A DNA stretch of 64,000 nt from Eledone cirrhosa (GCA_964016885.1 OZ024743.1:168330001-168394000); one strand, 5' to 3'. Positions 29,390-44,239 are shown, counted from the stretch's first letter. Notes: generated by a model not told the origin, from the letters alone. Numbers and translations: made by a program.

Positions 29390-30232
29390 AGAAGTATGTA
29401 CACGTACATACATATATGTATACAGATGTACAGTAGTATATATATATATATATATACATACATGCACACACATATATATGTACGTATGGATTCACCGAAA
29501 ATGTATTATAATGCTCGGTGTGTTTGTAAACAAACATCCCGTATTAAGCCGTACAGTGTCTAGCAACCATCGTTGCTCGTTTGTTCAACACTGACAGAGG
29601 AACGCTGTACTAGTTTCAAGCTTATTAGCTATCGTCAGCAACGTATACCTTCCTGTCAGATTGTTGAACGTATATACTTACCTTAGGCATATTAACGGCT
29701 GAGCAGCCTAATTTGCATATCGAGTGAGTTAGTCCGCCGGGCGTACCGAAAACTATAAATGGAAAAGAATGAAACGAAATTTCATTTCACACTCTTAGTA
29801 CGGCTGATACTTAAATATAAGTATGTACACGTAAATACATATATGTATACAGACGTACAGTAGTATGTATATATATACATACATGCACACATATATATAT
29901 ATGTACGTATGGGTTTACCGAACATTTATTATAATGTTCGGTTTGTTTCGTAAACAAACAGTCCGTATATACTTTCAAACGTTCAATCATCTGGCAGGAA
30001 GGTATACAATGCTGACGATAGCTAATAAGCTTGAAACTAGTTCATTGTTCCTTTGTCAGTGTTGAACAAAAGGGCAACGATGGTTGCTAAACACTGTACG
30101 GCTTAATTCGGGAAGTTTGTTTACAAACAAACCGAGCATTATAATAAATGTTCGGTATGTGTGCATGTATGTATATATATACATACTACTATACGTCTGT
30201 ATACATATATGTATGTACGTGTACATACTTAT
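29390..30232. mobile_element. 420-nt HHR repeat family in tandem plus inverted arrangement
   Basis: Same unit as 56396-58030. HHRs at 29602-29644 (-, degenerate) and 30006-30048 (+). Confidence 0.8.
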
Positions 30233-30235
30233 ATG

Positions 30236-30331
<96 letters not shown>

Positions 30332-30360
30332 TACACACATATGCATACGTATAATGTCTG

Positions 30361-30442
<82 letters not shown>

Positions 30443-30474
30443 GTGAGAGAGAGAGAGAGAGAGTGAGTTAGAGA

Positions 30475-30562
<88 letters not shown>

Positions 30563-31327
30563 CACAAACAGACACATAGATAGAGGAAAGTAGATATTTA
30601 TTCAAAGCTACTGTACAAATTATTTTTTCTCTCTAGAAATTAGGTGCACACCTTAAGCAAAGAATAAACATTTCACTTTGAATTGGTTATATTTTTTTCC
30701 GAATCACGAATCCAAGTTATATACCGCACCCTAAAAAACTAAATCCTGTGGGTGGATGACATATAAAAAAAGTACTAAGCGCTTTCAAAACGTTAAGACC
30801 AGTAATGGCAACAACGTTAACAATAGTAGCAACGTGAGCTACATAAAAAAAATCGTTAAGAAAATATATATAAGTTTCTTTCTACTGAAACAAAAAAAGA
30901 ATCCCCGCCTGATTTTGATAAAATAAACATTTAAAGACTAAATGAATGTGTTTGTATGTATATGTGTATTCAGTAGGAATCATATATATGCATTATGTAT
31001 GTATGTTATGGCACAAAGTATGAACAAGGATAAAAAAGTATCCTCAATATATATTGTAAAATTTTATATATATTTTTTAAGTTGAAACTTTCAGTATCCG
31101 AGATTCACGTTTGCGAAAATCCGAGTGGAAGTGAAGGTGGACAGGGTACAACTAGTAGATATAGTTTATATCAGAAAAAACAAAAAAAATAAAACAAACA
31201 AAAAACAATACAAAAAGACCCCGCAAAGTATTTGAATATCTGAGGCTAATATTGGGCAATACTATAAGTGCAATACTATAAGTGCAGTGCAACATTCCTG
31301 TATTTTGCAGAAATCAAAATCAAAATA

Positions 31328-32080
31328 TCTACTAATATAAATAACTGTTTCTACTTTAGACACAAGGCCAGCAATAACTCAGTGCATTACTGGTACTTTA
31401 TTTTATCGACCCCGTAAGGATGAAAGGCAAAGTCAACCTCGGCGGGATTTGAACTCAGATCGTAAAGGGACGTAAGTATGCTGGAAAGCATGGTGTCTGA
31501 CCCTCTACCGATACTGCCAATCCACCGCCCTCTGCTAATATAAATAACCTTGTGTATTTATCCGTAACGCAGTAGGGATGACTGAGGAAGGAAGGGGGTG
31601 ATTACGTCGACTTAGAAATGAGGGGTGATGACAAACTACAGAAAGTAGCATCTATCATTCACTACACCTGTGTGTAGCGAATTGGCTCTTATAATTATGT
31701 GAGTGTTTGTGTGTGTATTTGTGTGTTTGTGTAAATTATATTTATTAATATTTCTGTGAGTGTATATGTGTTTGTGTGTTTATTTAGAAATATACATAGA
31801 CAATTGAATTACAAACACACACGAATCTACACAAACATAATATAAACAGATACACTTTGAAAAAATAATTGTTATATACACACACATGTGATGACTGAGG
31901 AAGGAGAGGGGTGAGAAACTATAGAAGTCCAGTATTCTAAGATTCGCCACAGCTGTGTGTTGGTATCACTTTTCTGAGTGCAACCAACCAGCCAACCAAC
32001 AAACAAACAAATCTCTTTTTTTTCATATTATGTATAGATATTACAATTATCCGTATTTTCGAAGGCACAGGGCTAGCTAG
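31328..32080 (+). mobile_element. Helitron-like element interrupted by a SINE
   Basis: Starts TCTACTAATATAAATAAC; ends GGGCTAGCTAG. Confidence 0.45.
31346..31534 (-). mobile_element. Deu/Nin-domain SINE with 14-bp TSD
   Basis: TSD CTAATATAAATAAC at 31332-31345 and 31535-31548. Confidence 0.85.
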
Positions 32081-32145
32081 TATATTAATAAAATAGGAAG
32101 GTAGACTATTGCTGATATACGCACACGCACACAAAGATACGCACA

Positions 32146-32434
32146 CAGCTCACTGATACAGATAGGGTCGCTAAGTCGCTTGCCAGTCATAAGTCTCATG
32201 ATGTGGTTTTGGAATATAGAGAGCTTCTGAAGTGACTTTGTCGTCCATAATTATTACTATGCAATAAATGTTGTCGTCATCGCTTTTAGCACACCATGCA
32301 GTTACGTATGCGAATGCGTTGATTTCACAGCTGTAGGAGAGTATACAAGTGCGTTCACTTGGTTCCAGTGGGTGCTGCACAGTATCGAAGTTGTGTGATT
32401 ACCTCTATACAGTATATACATAGGTATAACCTTA

Positions 32435-32529
<95 letters not shown>

Positions 32530-32576
32530 CATATATGTGTATGTGTGTTTATTTAGAAATTTTATATATATATATA

Positions 32577-32608
<32 letters not shown>

Positions 32609-32898
32609 ATAAGGTTATACCTATGTATATACTGTATAGAGGTAATCACACAACTTCGATACTGTGCAGCACCCACTGGAACCAAGTGAACGCACTTGTA
32701 TACTCTCCTACAGCTGTGAAATCAACGCATTCGCATACGTAACTGCATGGTGTGCTAAAAGCGATGACGACAACATTTATTGCATAGTAATAATTATGGA
32801 CGACAAAGTCACTTCAGAAGCTCTCTATATTCCAAAACCACATCATGAGACTTATGACTGGCAAGCGACTCAGCGACCCTATCTGTATCAGTGAGCTG
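32146..32898. mobile_element. MITE-like palindrome with about 290-bp arms
   Basis: Near-perfect inverted arms (mirror ORFs in the track) around a (CA)/(TA)/(TG) core. Confidence 0.7.
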
Positions 32899-33814
32899 CT
32901 CAACATAACCAAATTTAGACCAATTACATCAATTGTCGAGTCAAGAGTACTCAAACTATACGGTCATATCAACTCGTGGTGTGAGTAGGTTATGCCTGTA
33001 AGGAAGGTTGGCTGGTAAGAGAAGCAGAGGCCGGCAGCCAAACGACGGCTTGATAATGTCAACTTATGGACTGTACTTGATCTTTGCTTTTTAAACTCTG
33101 CTGCTGGTGATCAAACTTTGTGGAGAAAAATATCTTATGTTGATGCGCAGTCTGCAACTGGCGGAGTTTAGCGTCAAAGTAAGTAATAATTATAACAGCC
33201 CAGACAATTAGATATCTCCTAGGATCGCCGTTTTCCACACACTCAATAATTTTTAGAAAACGTATGTTGGAATACGAATTTGTATGTCAGAGTGGACACA
33301 ATGCGTTACAAAATGGATAAATGGATTTGTGTGGGAACACAAAAAAGGCTCCGAACTGTAATACAGTTTAATTGTAACGCCCTGAGTGCAGCTGGTGCAT
33401 TAGCAAAACACCGCACACAAAGATCAGTTTAATTATTGTATGGTTTCGTTGTTAATAGGTGGGAATTAATTCAATTATGAAAAGATGAAACAGATTATTG
33501 AAAAGATATATATTTAGTAGATAAATGAGGGAATATCGTTTTTTTCCGATTTTTTTCATTTACGTTTCATGTCTACGTTTCTGCATGGATGCACAGAGCA
33601 GCTTCCCCGATGGAGTGAAGCTGTCTATAGGAATCAGATCATTTAATGGGATAAGTAGTATTTTACAGATGGCTGGGAATGAAACATTTGTATGTTTAGC
33701 CCTTCTCTCTGAGGATCTTGAAGAAGCAGTGTTTCTAAAGACCTCTTGTACTTTTCCTCTTGTATTTATTTTAACCGTGATCTCTTTATCATCTTGACAT
33801 ACTGGTTGCACAGA

Positions 33815-34066
33815 TCACCATGACTCTCCTTCTTCGTCTGACAATGTCATCCATTGCCCGTGGCAACTCATTCAGATTGCACTCGGCATCCTCACGTAGC
33901 TGATTGATATTGGTTCTGTGAGGTCTGCCTAGATTGCGATGTGCATAATTTAATTCTGTACTCTAAAACTGTGTCCCACGAATCTGGTTCGTTTCACTCA
34001 GATGATATGAGAGATTGAAGGTAGATGGTCGACGAGTTGCTTTTTTGTAGGGTACTGTTTCCGGTA
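33815..34066 (-). mobile_element. RTE-like LINE 3' fragment
   Basis: Minus translation KKQLVDHLPSISHII..KRTRFVGHSFR. Confidence 0.55.
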
Positions 34067-35963
34067 TATGTTATTGGTGTTATTGGTGGTGGGGTATATT
34101 TCGTTTCTTGACGTTATGAGACCTATTTATCTTGGTGATATTTTTTTCCACCTCACAATACATATTTTCAATATGATTGATGTCATTGTTGGCATATTTA
34201 ACCGTAGTTATGCCTATTTCCAACTCCAGAATCTACAAAATGTAAAGAGAATATTGGAACATAAAACTTGCTCTCTCTGGATCTTCTCCAAGAATTTAAG
34301 ATTCCCTCAAAACAAATGTTGATCCTAAACGAATAAATAATCTGGTAAACAGTTCGACTGCAAATACTTTAGATCTTTCGAATTTGTAATACGCAGCCAG
34401 TTTTACTCATGAAATTCTATCTGCCCATAGCACATCTATTTTATATTTATGAACCCTCTTTGGCCATAGCTAACATCTTTGCATCTGGAAAATTACTCTC
34501 TAAGCTACGAGTCTGGGTAAGGTATTTTGTGGAAGATCAACAGTCGCACATACATTCCAGTCGTTCCTATCCACACCATGACTGTTAGCACCAATATCGT
34601 CACAACTAATGTTTTTTCCATTTGAGTGGCTAGATGCAACATGAAATAAAATGACTTGCTTGGGGATGCAGCACGCTGCCCTGTCCAGGAATCAAATTCG
34701 GGAAATTAGAGATACAGCAGACACATATTTTAGACACGCCCGACAGTTATGAGAATACATAAGTTTTACACGATTTTCTATAAAAACACGTTGGTAACCT
34801 TACATTATAAAAAACTCAATATCCATGATCGAAACCCTGAAAAGATTATTGAATAATTATGACACCAAATGCTACTCATCTTTTCACACTGTAAATCTGC
34901 TCATTTGCTAAAACCCTGGATTAGCTTGCAATTACTCATTTCAAATTTTCCAGTTCAAAGTAAAGGCCTTTGGTACCTAACTGTCTGAAAACATTATTCC
35001 AGTTTCTATAGACTGTTTGTTTTAAAGTGTGTATGTTTATTTAAAAGAATTTCCATCATAATTCTATGTAAAACCTTTGCTATGTTAGTTTAAAAAATCA
35101 GCTTATTAATGAGAAAGTTGGATATTTTACTAAATCCTTCCAAATTCTTAGAAAATTATAGATAGAAACTCTCGTTAGAATTGCAGTACCGAAATGGTTA
35201 ATGTGGAAATATGCAAAGACGAATGATTCAGATGTAGTTAATTAACTATAGAGTGGAGTTCAATTGAATTGGCTATGACTACATCGCTGATCTTTTCATT
35301 TTGTGCCAAAAGTAGAAACAATTATTCATATATTATGTGATAAATTATGTTTTTATCAGCTACCTAATTTAAGATGACAAGAGTTGTCACGGTCCCTTGG
35401 TTCATGATCCAAAGTGCCTCTCCGGTATCTGGGAGATATGGAGTTCGATTCCTCATAGTGACCGATGGAAACTTCTTTTTTATCAATAATGGATGCTCGC
35501 CCTATCTTATAGGATATTTTATAATATCGCCGCGCCTGAGCACACCATTCTTTATTTTAGTTATTGTTTTGGAGATGCTTTTGATAGTAAAACTAGTATT
35601 AATTGTGGTAATGGTAGATGTAGTGGTGGTAGTAGTAGTGGTGGTAACGGTAGTGGAGCTGGGTGTGTGTGAGTTTTTGTTGATAAGAAACTAAGATAAT
35701 AACATAATAGATTTTAAGTTAAAAAATCATTGGGTGTCTTTCTGCTTCTCCACTCCCCCCCCACCCTATCTCTTTCACTCACTCACTACTTCTATCACTA
35801 TCGCACTTCCTTTTCCCCTTTTCTCAGGTATTGATTCTCTCAAATGTTTACCACTAACCCCCTCATTCCACCCTTCTCCTGTTTTTCTATTTCATTAACT
35901 GTTTATTTACTGAGTTGCTTTATCGCACCCGCTTTCTCTTTCTACAAATATACATACATGCAA

Positions 35964-36027
<64 letters not shown>

Positions 36028-36882
36028 AGGAAGCTCCAACCGCTAAGGTTGTCTTTTTCAGGATATGTCAATATTTATTTATAAAACTAATCTGTATTGT
36101 ATTTTATATGATGAAAGCGCACCATAATTTGCCTTGGTGGCCCTTGATATATGTATAATAAAATAAATATGGTTTTATAAATATAGTTTCCATTTATTAA
36201 TATATTGTATATATATATATATATATAAATATATATATATATGTATACACTCATATATAGAAAAATATATATGAATACACTCTATATATAGGAAAATGTT
36301 TAACCCCGACGGCAGAGCTCAAGCCGTTTCAACGGCTATTTCAGGACCTATTACCCACGCTACTACCCTAAGTATTGAGTACTCTGGTGCGTTATGGTCC
36401 ATCTGGTTCCTTACCACACCTCGTTCGTTACACTCATATATATAGAAACACATATCTCTCTCTCTATATATACATTTGCATTACACACAAACAGACACAC
36501 ACACACATATATATATATAGAGAGAGAGAGAGAAAAGGGGGGGGGTGAAATAGAGAAATGGCGAACGTCACATAGACGCGCACACAAATATACAAACACA
36601 TCCCAATAAATCAAGATGATTAATACATTCTAACTCTCCTTGACAATTCTTCAATCGTACCCTTCCCCCACATAAGTAATGAAACATACAGATACACACT
36701 AACGCGCATACACACACTTGCGCAGCCACACACCCACAACCACTCCCTAAAATATATGCGTGTGTGTTTATATTAATATATATAGAAAATATAATCAAGT
36801 CATTCTAAAACGTTTCTTTAGCATCCTATAAAGAACCTCTACCTTTAGATGGACAGCTTATAGCCTTATATGGACACACCAC

Positions 36883-36971
36883 GCCCCTGACAAAATGGCC
36901 AGTTGACTGTAAGTCTGTTTGTTGACAGTCTGGAATTAGCTGTTGAAACGGCAAGAGCTCAGCCATCGGGT
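36883..36971 (+). ncRNA. Degenerate hammerhead with extended stem II
   Basis: GCCC-CTGACAA-AATGGC..GACTGT..ACAGTC..GCTGTT-GAAAC-GGC..GCC-ATC-GGGT. Confidence 0.55.
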
Positions 36972-37755
36972 TCCAACTCTTTCTACTATCTCAAGAATCG
37001 AGTATTCTGTTGAATAAACTGGTTTAATCCTGATATATATATATATATATACACATGTACACACGCACACATACGCAAACACACATATATATTATATGGT
37101 CTATTCATTCTTGTTTTCATTTACTGCATATTTTCTAAACAGTGTTGCAATCTATAATGCATATTTTATATTCATATTCATTATTGAGCGGAATATGATT
37201 TTTTTTCTTCCGTGTGTTGACGTTGTTAGCTATAATGCACAGAGTGAGACAGAAAATGTCAGGATGAGGCAGGCAGAGAGAGGAGGAGATCAGTGAGAGG
37301 TTTAGAAGGAACGAGAGGGGAAGAAGGGGTGAAGAAAGAGAGAGAGCTGGAGGGGAGAAAGATTGAAAGGGAAAAAAAACATAAAACGAGCGGAAAAGTG
37401 TATATTATTGCACTGGAGTCGATGCGTTGCCTCCTTGAGCAAGACACCTTATTTTGCGTTGCTCCAGTCCACTCAACTGGCAAAAAAGAGTGGTACTTAT
37501 AATTCCAAGGGTTAGCCTTGTTAATTATGTGTCATGAATAGAAGGGGAATCGTTAATCAAAATGGAAAGAGAGAGAAAGAGAGAGAGAGGGGAATAGAGA
37601 ATTTGGGAAGAGAGGGGGTGTGAATGTATTGTTACGTTAGAAAAAAGACGAACAAAAAAGTATAGAAAGAAAAAGACGAGAAGAAAAATCGAGGAGAAAA
37701 AGGAGAGAGAGGGAAAGGAGCAGAAAAGGGAGCGTAGAAATTCTACCTCCACCAT

Positions 37756-37817
<62 letters not shown>

Positions 37818-37838
37818 TTGTTGTTATTGTTGCTGCTG

Positions 37839-37907
<69 letters not shown>

Positions 37908-38221
37908 AAGTTAGAAATTAAGTGAGAATGAAAAACCGAACATTTAAAAATTTGAAAGAGAATATTACAATAGATTAAAAGAAAGAAAGAAAAAGAGAGG
38001 ACCTTCCTCTCTTTTTCAAAAAGAATGAAGAAAAGAATGAAGGAAAAAAGAAAGAAAAGATGTAGTATAATAGATTGAAAAAAAAAGAAAGTAAAATAAA
38101 CATATTTAAAAACAAAAACCAATGAATGAAAATGAGAAAACAAAGCAGAGAGAATGTAATAGGATAGGAAGTGAGAAAAGAAAGATGAGAGAGTGGGTAG
38201 AGAGAGAGGGGGGGGGATTTG

Positions 38222-38289
<68 letters not shown>

Positions 38290-38422
38290 TGGGAGAAAGG
38301 TAGACAGAGATAGAGTGAATGGCAGAGAGAGAGAGAGCGAGAGAGAGTGAGAGAGAGAGAAGGACTGTGTGTAGGGGTGTGAGAGGAAACTTGTTGAAGT
38401 AAGCCGAATAGAAAATTAAATG

Positions 38423-38512
<90 letters not shown>

Positions 38513-39719
38513 TAGTACAATGGAAGTAATATATACTATTAAGCAACTGGACACATACATACACTCACATGTACATACATGCACAAAGAAATGTACATAT
38601 TGGACACACACATACGCATGCACAAACGTGTGTACATGAATTAACACGTATATAAGCATACACACAGACTTGCATACACGCATATTCATTTAGTGACACA
38701 CACATATATACACATACTCAGGCACATGCGCACGAACACGCACAGGAAGTGGAAGAGACGAATGTGTTACTTTTTCGTTATTTAATTATTATTATTATTA
38801 ATTTTTCTTTCTTTTTTTTCTTTTTGGCAATCGTTTTGGGTTGGATTGGTATGAGTTGGGAGTTAAAGTGAGCGGGTGATTACAATTGAATATGGGGTGG
38901 GTTGGGGTGGCAAGCGATGAGTGATGGGTTTTGGGCGTTTGGTCGATAATTGAAAGTGGCGGGGCGGGGTAGGAGTTGGTTAAGACTGTGAGATGTAAGA
39001 GTGAGTCAGGGTGGGAAATAATCGGGGAGAGAAAAAGAAAAAGGATGGTAAGATATGAGCATTTTTAATGAACGTGCTTAGCAATGTAGGGAGAAGTGTG
39101 TGTGTGTGTGGTAAAGAGATATAGTAACTGTCTGTAAAATATAACAATAACACTACCAGCACAACATCATCAGAAGCAGCAGCAGTAGCAATATGTGCTG
39201 CCAATATATTCACAATTGCCTTCTATCTGCCATTCCCCAGAGATTGCTACATACTAACCAATCAGCCAGCAAGCCAAGCGTCTGCAACATCGATGTACTA
39301 GGAATAATAGCCATATATCTCTCTCAAATCACATTGAGATTTGAAAAGGAAGGGTATATTGAAAATGTTAAACCTGTGTAACTTATATCTGATAAACAAA
39401 AGAACGGGTTGTCATATTCGGAGCGCTTTTGAATGGGTCTGCTGAATCATGAGTGACTTGGTGCTAACCTACGATAACAAGTCTTATTGACCTTCTAGAA
39501 ATAGTTGTCGAATCTCTCAAATCACAGAGGGAAGAGAGAGAAAGAAAGAACGAAAGAACGGGGAACAGAAGAAGAGGGAAGAAAAGACAACTCACCTTAA
39601 GCATGCTATCAATATAAGGTATAAACAAAATTAACTCGAATATCCAGTTTTGTAACAAGCGTGTATTAGAATTCGTAGGAAAATGGAAAACCTCGGCATA
39701 AGGAAGCTGTAACAGATCC

Positions 39720-40900
39720 TTACGCCGAGCTTTTGAGAAGTCTTTTCGTAGATCTTTGGTTCATGTATCCCATGACTAAGCTGGTATATGTTGGTGCTAC
39801 TTTGGTACCCATGGCTGTTCCTGATTTCTGTCGATTGGGTGTTTCGTTGAATAAGAATTAATTGTTTTTGAGGATGAATTCAAAACTTTCTAAGATGGAA
39901 TTTCTGTTAATACGGTCTGGTAGTTCACGAGGGGATGCGTTTAGCCAGTATTGGATAGCTTCAATTCCGCAGTCGTGAGGTCTGTTACTATATAGTTTCA
40001 CAACATCAAATGAAACCATGTAAATATTTTGGTTTACTATATTTGGTAGATGGTTGAGAAACTCTAGATCATCTCGAATGAAAATCCAGATGTGTTTGAT
40101 GAGAGGTTTTAATAAGATGTCAAGGAAATTACTTAGGCGATGTGTCTCACAAATTGGGCCTGCTATGATGGGTTTTAGTTTTAAGTCGATTGGTGTGGGA
40201 TATATACACATTTTTGTTTCATCATATTGTATGTCTCATTAATTAGTTTGTGTTTATGCACTTTAGATAGTCCATAGATATTGCTTCATTTACCTCTAAA
40301 ATTTGTGAAATACTCAAATTCCTTGTCTGTTAGACAGGTTCTGCATGGATGTAGTAAATCAGTGAGTTGTTTCATCACCTTGTGACGTTTGTATTTCTTG
40401 GTTTCTTCATAGTACGCAATGTCTCGTAGCATGTTCTGTATAATGTTTGTGTAATGGTTTGTGTCCATAATGGCAACTTTGTCAGCATCTTTTATAACAA
40501 TATTTAAATCCAGTTTTAGGTCGTTTAGTTGTTTCCATTGTTGTCTGCTGAATTTGGTATTTGTTTGTGGCATTTTCGGGTTATTAATTGAGAAGTTTGA
40601 AATGAGGTCACAGAATTATCAGGGGCTTTTTTTAATTTTTTTTTACTAATGATTCGTCACTATCTTCTGCTTTAAACAAAATGTTCCGCTACACTGAGTT
40701 TTCTACAGAAGTCCGAAATATCATCTTTAATTACTTCTATATTTGTTGTTTGAGGTGTTGGTGTAAATTTTAAACCTCTGTTTAGGATATCTATTTGTGT
40801 GGGTGTTAGTGATTTTTGTGAGAGGTTGATTATCTTCGGTTTTTCATGACTTTGGGCCATCCCGTTCCCCTGTACCCCTGATTCATCTCTAACAAACAGT
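39720..40900 (-). mobile_element. Decayed Neptune-like PLE, N-terminus and RT
   Basis: IINLS..L.RGLKFTPTP, IKDADK, LKPIIAGP, SFDVVKLYSN, GTAMGTKVAPTY. Confidence 0.85.
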
Positions 40901-41450
40901 CATTAGGGTAGGGTTCCTCTATATTATTCCTCCTGTTAGTATCTTGTATCTAGTAATTTTTGTAATTGTTATGTATTTCCTTATTGTATCCGTTATTCTG
41001 TTCCTTAAACTTATATGTTGTGAGTTGGTTTCGGTTCAGTCTGTGATTAAAATCTATAGTTCCCTGTTTATTTGCTAAACATAAATCTTTGTACATGTGA
41101 TATAGATCCTTTATGTATATATACCAGGTGCGCTATTCAACCCCTTTTTTTTTCATTTTCCTTATATAACGCGAGATGTATAGAACGTTTACTAACGCCC
41201 ACATGTTTTTTTTTCAATATATACATATATTACTCTGTAAACATACCGTGTTTCTTTACAAATACGAAATTTCTATACATATCTGTATACAGCTAGGCTT
41301 GAAGCTAAATCCTATTTCTATTCTATCATAGGTTGAGGCAACTTATGTAGCTTCATATGCAAATGAGATTAATCACCTCGTTACGCAGACGAGAAAACTA
41401 TATATCCTCAACTGTTCTCAAGTCCAGCAGTGTCAGGTGTGGGAGGGTCC

Positions 41451-41488
41451 GTCCTGATGAAGACCAGTCAAGTCTGAAATGCATAGAC
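41451..41488 (+). ncRNA. Minimal hammerhead with palindromic stem III
   Basis: GTC-CTGATGA-AGAC cagtcaa GTCT-GAAA-TGCA-TA-GAC. Confidence 0.85.
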
Positions 41489-41762
41489 AGTTGTCTCCCT
41501 TGCTTCTGCTGGACACCACCAGTGGGAGTTAGAACCGGTGTTTGTATAGCTGCGGCTTCCTAAATGCTTTACACTGTAAACATTCCGTGTTTCTTTAGAA
41601 ATACGGAATTTCTATACATATCTGTCTGTATGCAGCTATGCTTGAAGCTAAATCCTATTTCTATATATATGTATATATATATATTGTTATACTTGTGGAG
41701 GGTCATATTGTTGTAATAATATTGCCATAAATAATAACAGAACACACACACACACACACACA

Positions 41763-41837
<75 letters not shown>

Positions 41838-41839
41838 GC

Positions 41840-41891
<52 letters not shown>

Positions 41892-41906
41892 ACACACACA
41901 CACACG

Positions 41907-41969
<63 letters not shown>

Positions 41970-41970
41970 G

Positions 41971-42110
<140 letters not shown>

Positions 42111-42348
42111 TATATACATATGTAGATAAATCTACCAAAAGTTTACGGTAGTGTCCAATCCGTATGAAGAACTCAATGTAATCCGGATATCATGGAAAGA
42201 AGAGATGCATTCAAAAATCACTTTCGGTGAAAGGTAAACGGAATACAGAGTCAAGATAAAATATTAAAAAAATAATGAATAAAACAAAGAAACAGTTCCT
42301 TATATTAAACAAAAAAAGTTCATTATTTTACGATCGTATGACCATCTA

Positions 42349-42481
42349 TATTTCTGAAGACAGCATATATATGTGATGGTATGTATATTCTCCTTGATAG
42401 TTTGTATAATTTTGTACATAGATCTTTTGAATATGCATGCCAATTCTAACACATATATGTCCTAGAAACGATCGTAAAATA
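42349..42481 (+). ncRNA. Hammerhead with about 104-nt stem II
   Basis: TATTT-CTGAAGA-[CATATAT(AT)GTG..TGGTATGTATATTC..GAATATGCATGCCA..CACATATATG]-GAAA-CGATCG-TA-AAATA. Confidence 0.75.
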
Positions 42482-42569
42482 ATGAACTTTTTTTGTTTAA
42501 TATAAGGAACTGTTTCTTTGTTTTATTCATTATTTTTTTAATATTTTATATATATACATATATATATTC

Positions 42570-42600
<31 letters not shown>

Positions 42601-42679
42601 CATGTATATATACATATACATGTATATATACATATATATATACATATATATATACATATATATATAAATGAAAGTATAC

Positions 42680-42710
<31 letters not shown>

Positions 42711-42723
42711 CATATATATATAC

Positions 42724-42756
<33 letters not shown>

Positions 42757-42795
42757 AATGAAAGTATACATATATATATACATATATATATGAAA

Positions 42796-43870
42796 TATAT
42801 GAAATATAGGAATCAAAGAACTATTCAAAACATGTTTATGCTTACAACTGTTTCCCCCAAACCGAGGTTTGGATTCTTCGGAGCAATTTATTAATGAATG
42901 AACACTTATATGACCTCCTTTTCACCCAAGAGACATACAGATACATATGCAAATATTGTGGGTCAACATTCATTACAGCATTTAGAGTGGCAGTACCCAC
43001 TTAGAGATTACATTCACATTAAAAGATACAATCAAAAATACAGGTTAAAATACAACATGAAAATAAGCGGTTATATAGTGCAAATGTTATATGCGTGGCA
43101 AGCACGTGCGTCTTGTTTATATAGTGTGGCAGAGAGTTACGTGTAGTAGAAGCACTTAGGTAGGTAAACAAGAGTGTTAGGTTGGTTGATGTGGTGGCAA
43201 ATTCTTTATATGATTGTTATAGTCTGTGTGTGGAGAATTGATATAAGCATTAAAAATAGTGCAAGCATTAAAAATATTAAAAATATTTTTAATATTTTTA
43301 ATATTTTTAATGCTTGCACTATTTTTAATGCTTATATCATTTCTCCACACACAGACTATAACAATCATATAAAGAATTTGCCACCAGATCAACCAACCTA
43401 ACACTCTTGTTTACCTACCTAAGTGATTCTACTACACGTAACTCTCTGCCACACTATATAAACAAGACGCACGTGCTTGCCACGCATATAACATTTGCAC
43501 TATATAACCGCTTATTTTCATGTTGTATTTTAACCTGTATTTTTGATTGTATCTTTTAATGTGAATGTAATCTCTAAGTGGGTACTGCCACTCTAAATGC
43601 TGTAATGAATGTTGACCCACAATATTTGCATATGTATCTGTATGTCTCTTGGGTGAAAAGGAGGTCATATAAATGTTCATTCATTAATAAATGGCTCCGA
43701 AGAATCCAAACCTCGGTTTGGAGGAAACAGTTGTAAGCATAAAAATGTTTTGAACAGTTCTTTGATTCCTATATTTCATATAACTACTCTGTAAATCATC
43801 TGATGTTTTTACATTGAGCTACTTAACTTACTGGTAATAAGGTAGTAATATATTACTGCCTACCACTATT
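42796..43870. mobile_element. About 1-kb fold-back with one HHR per arm and a right-hand tail
   Basis: Arms meet near 43289. HHRs at 42840-42884 (-) and 43694-43738 (+): GCT-CCGAAGA-A-TCCAAACC tc GGTTTGGA-G-GAAA-CAGTTG-TA-AGC. Confidence 0.8.
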
Positions 43871-44047
43871 TAGGGTTTGTATAAAAAAATATATATAACT
43901 GCAAAAGGTTTTTGTATTTACATAACCATAAATAGTATGATTAATACTAATTAATACATATATATATATACATATATATACATATATATATATATACCTA
44001 TATATACATATATATATATATATACATATATATACATATATATATAC

Positions 44048-44239
<192 letters not shown>

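Noticed and set aside
33525-33811. Two overlapping opposite-strand ORFs of normal complexity
   Set aside because: No recognisable motif or convincing splice-site pair.
35375-35465. tRNA-like sequence with GTTCGATTCC
   Set aside because: No clean cloverleaf; probably a decayed SINE head. SINE heads elsewhere are also not called tRNAs.
37637-38689. 350-aa ORF
   Set aside because: Low-complexity, repeat-derived sequence.
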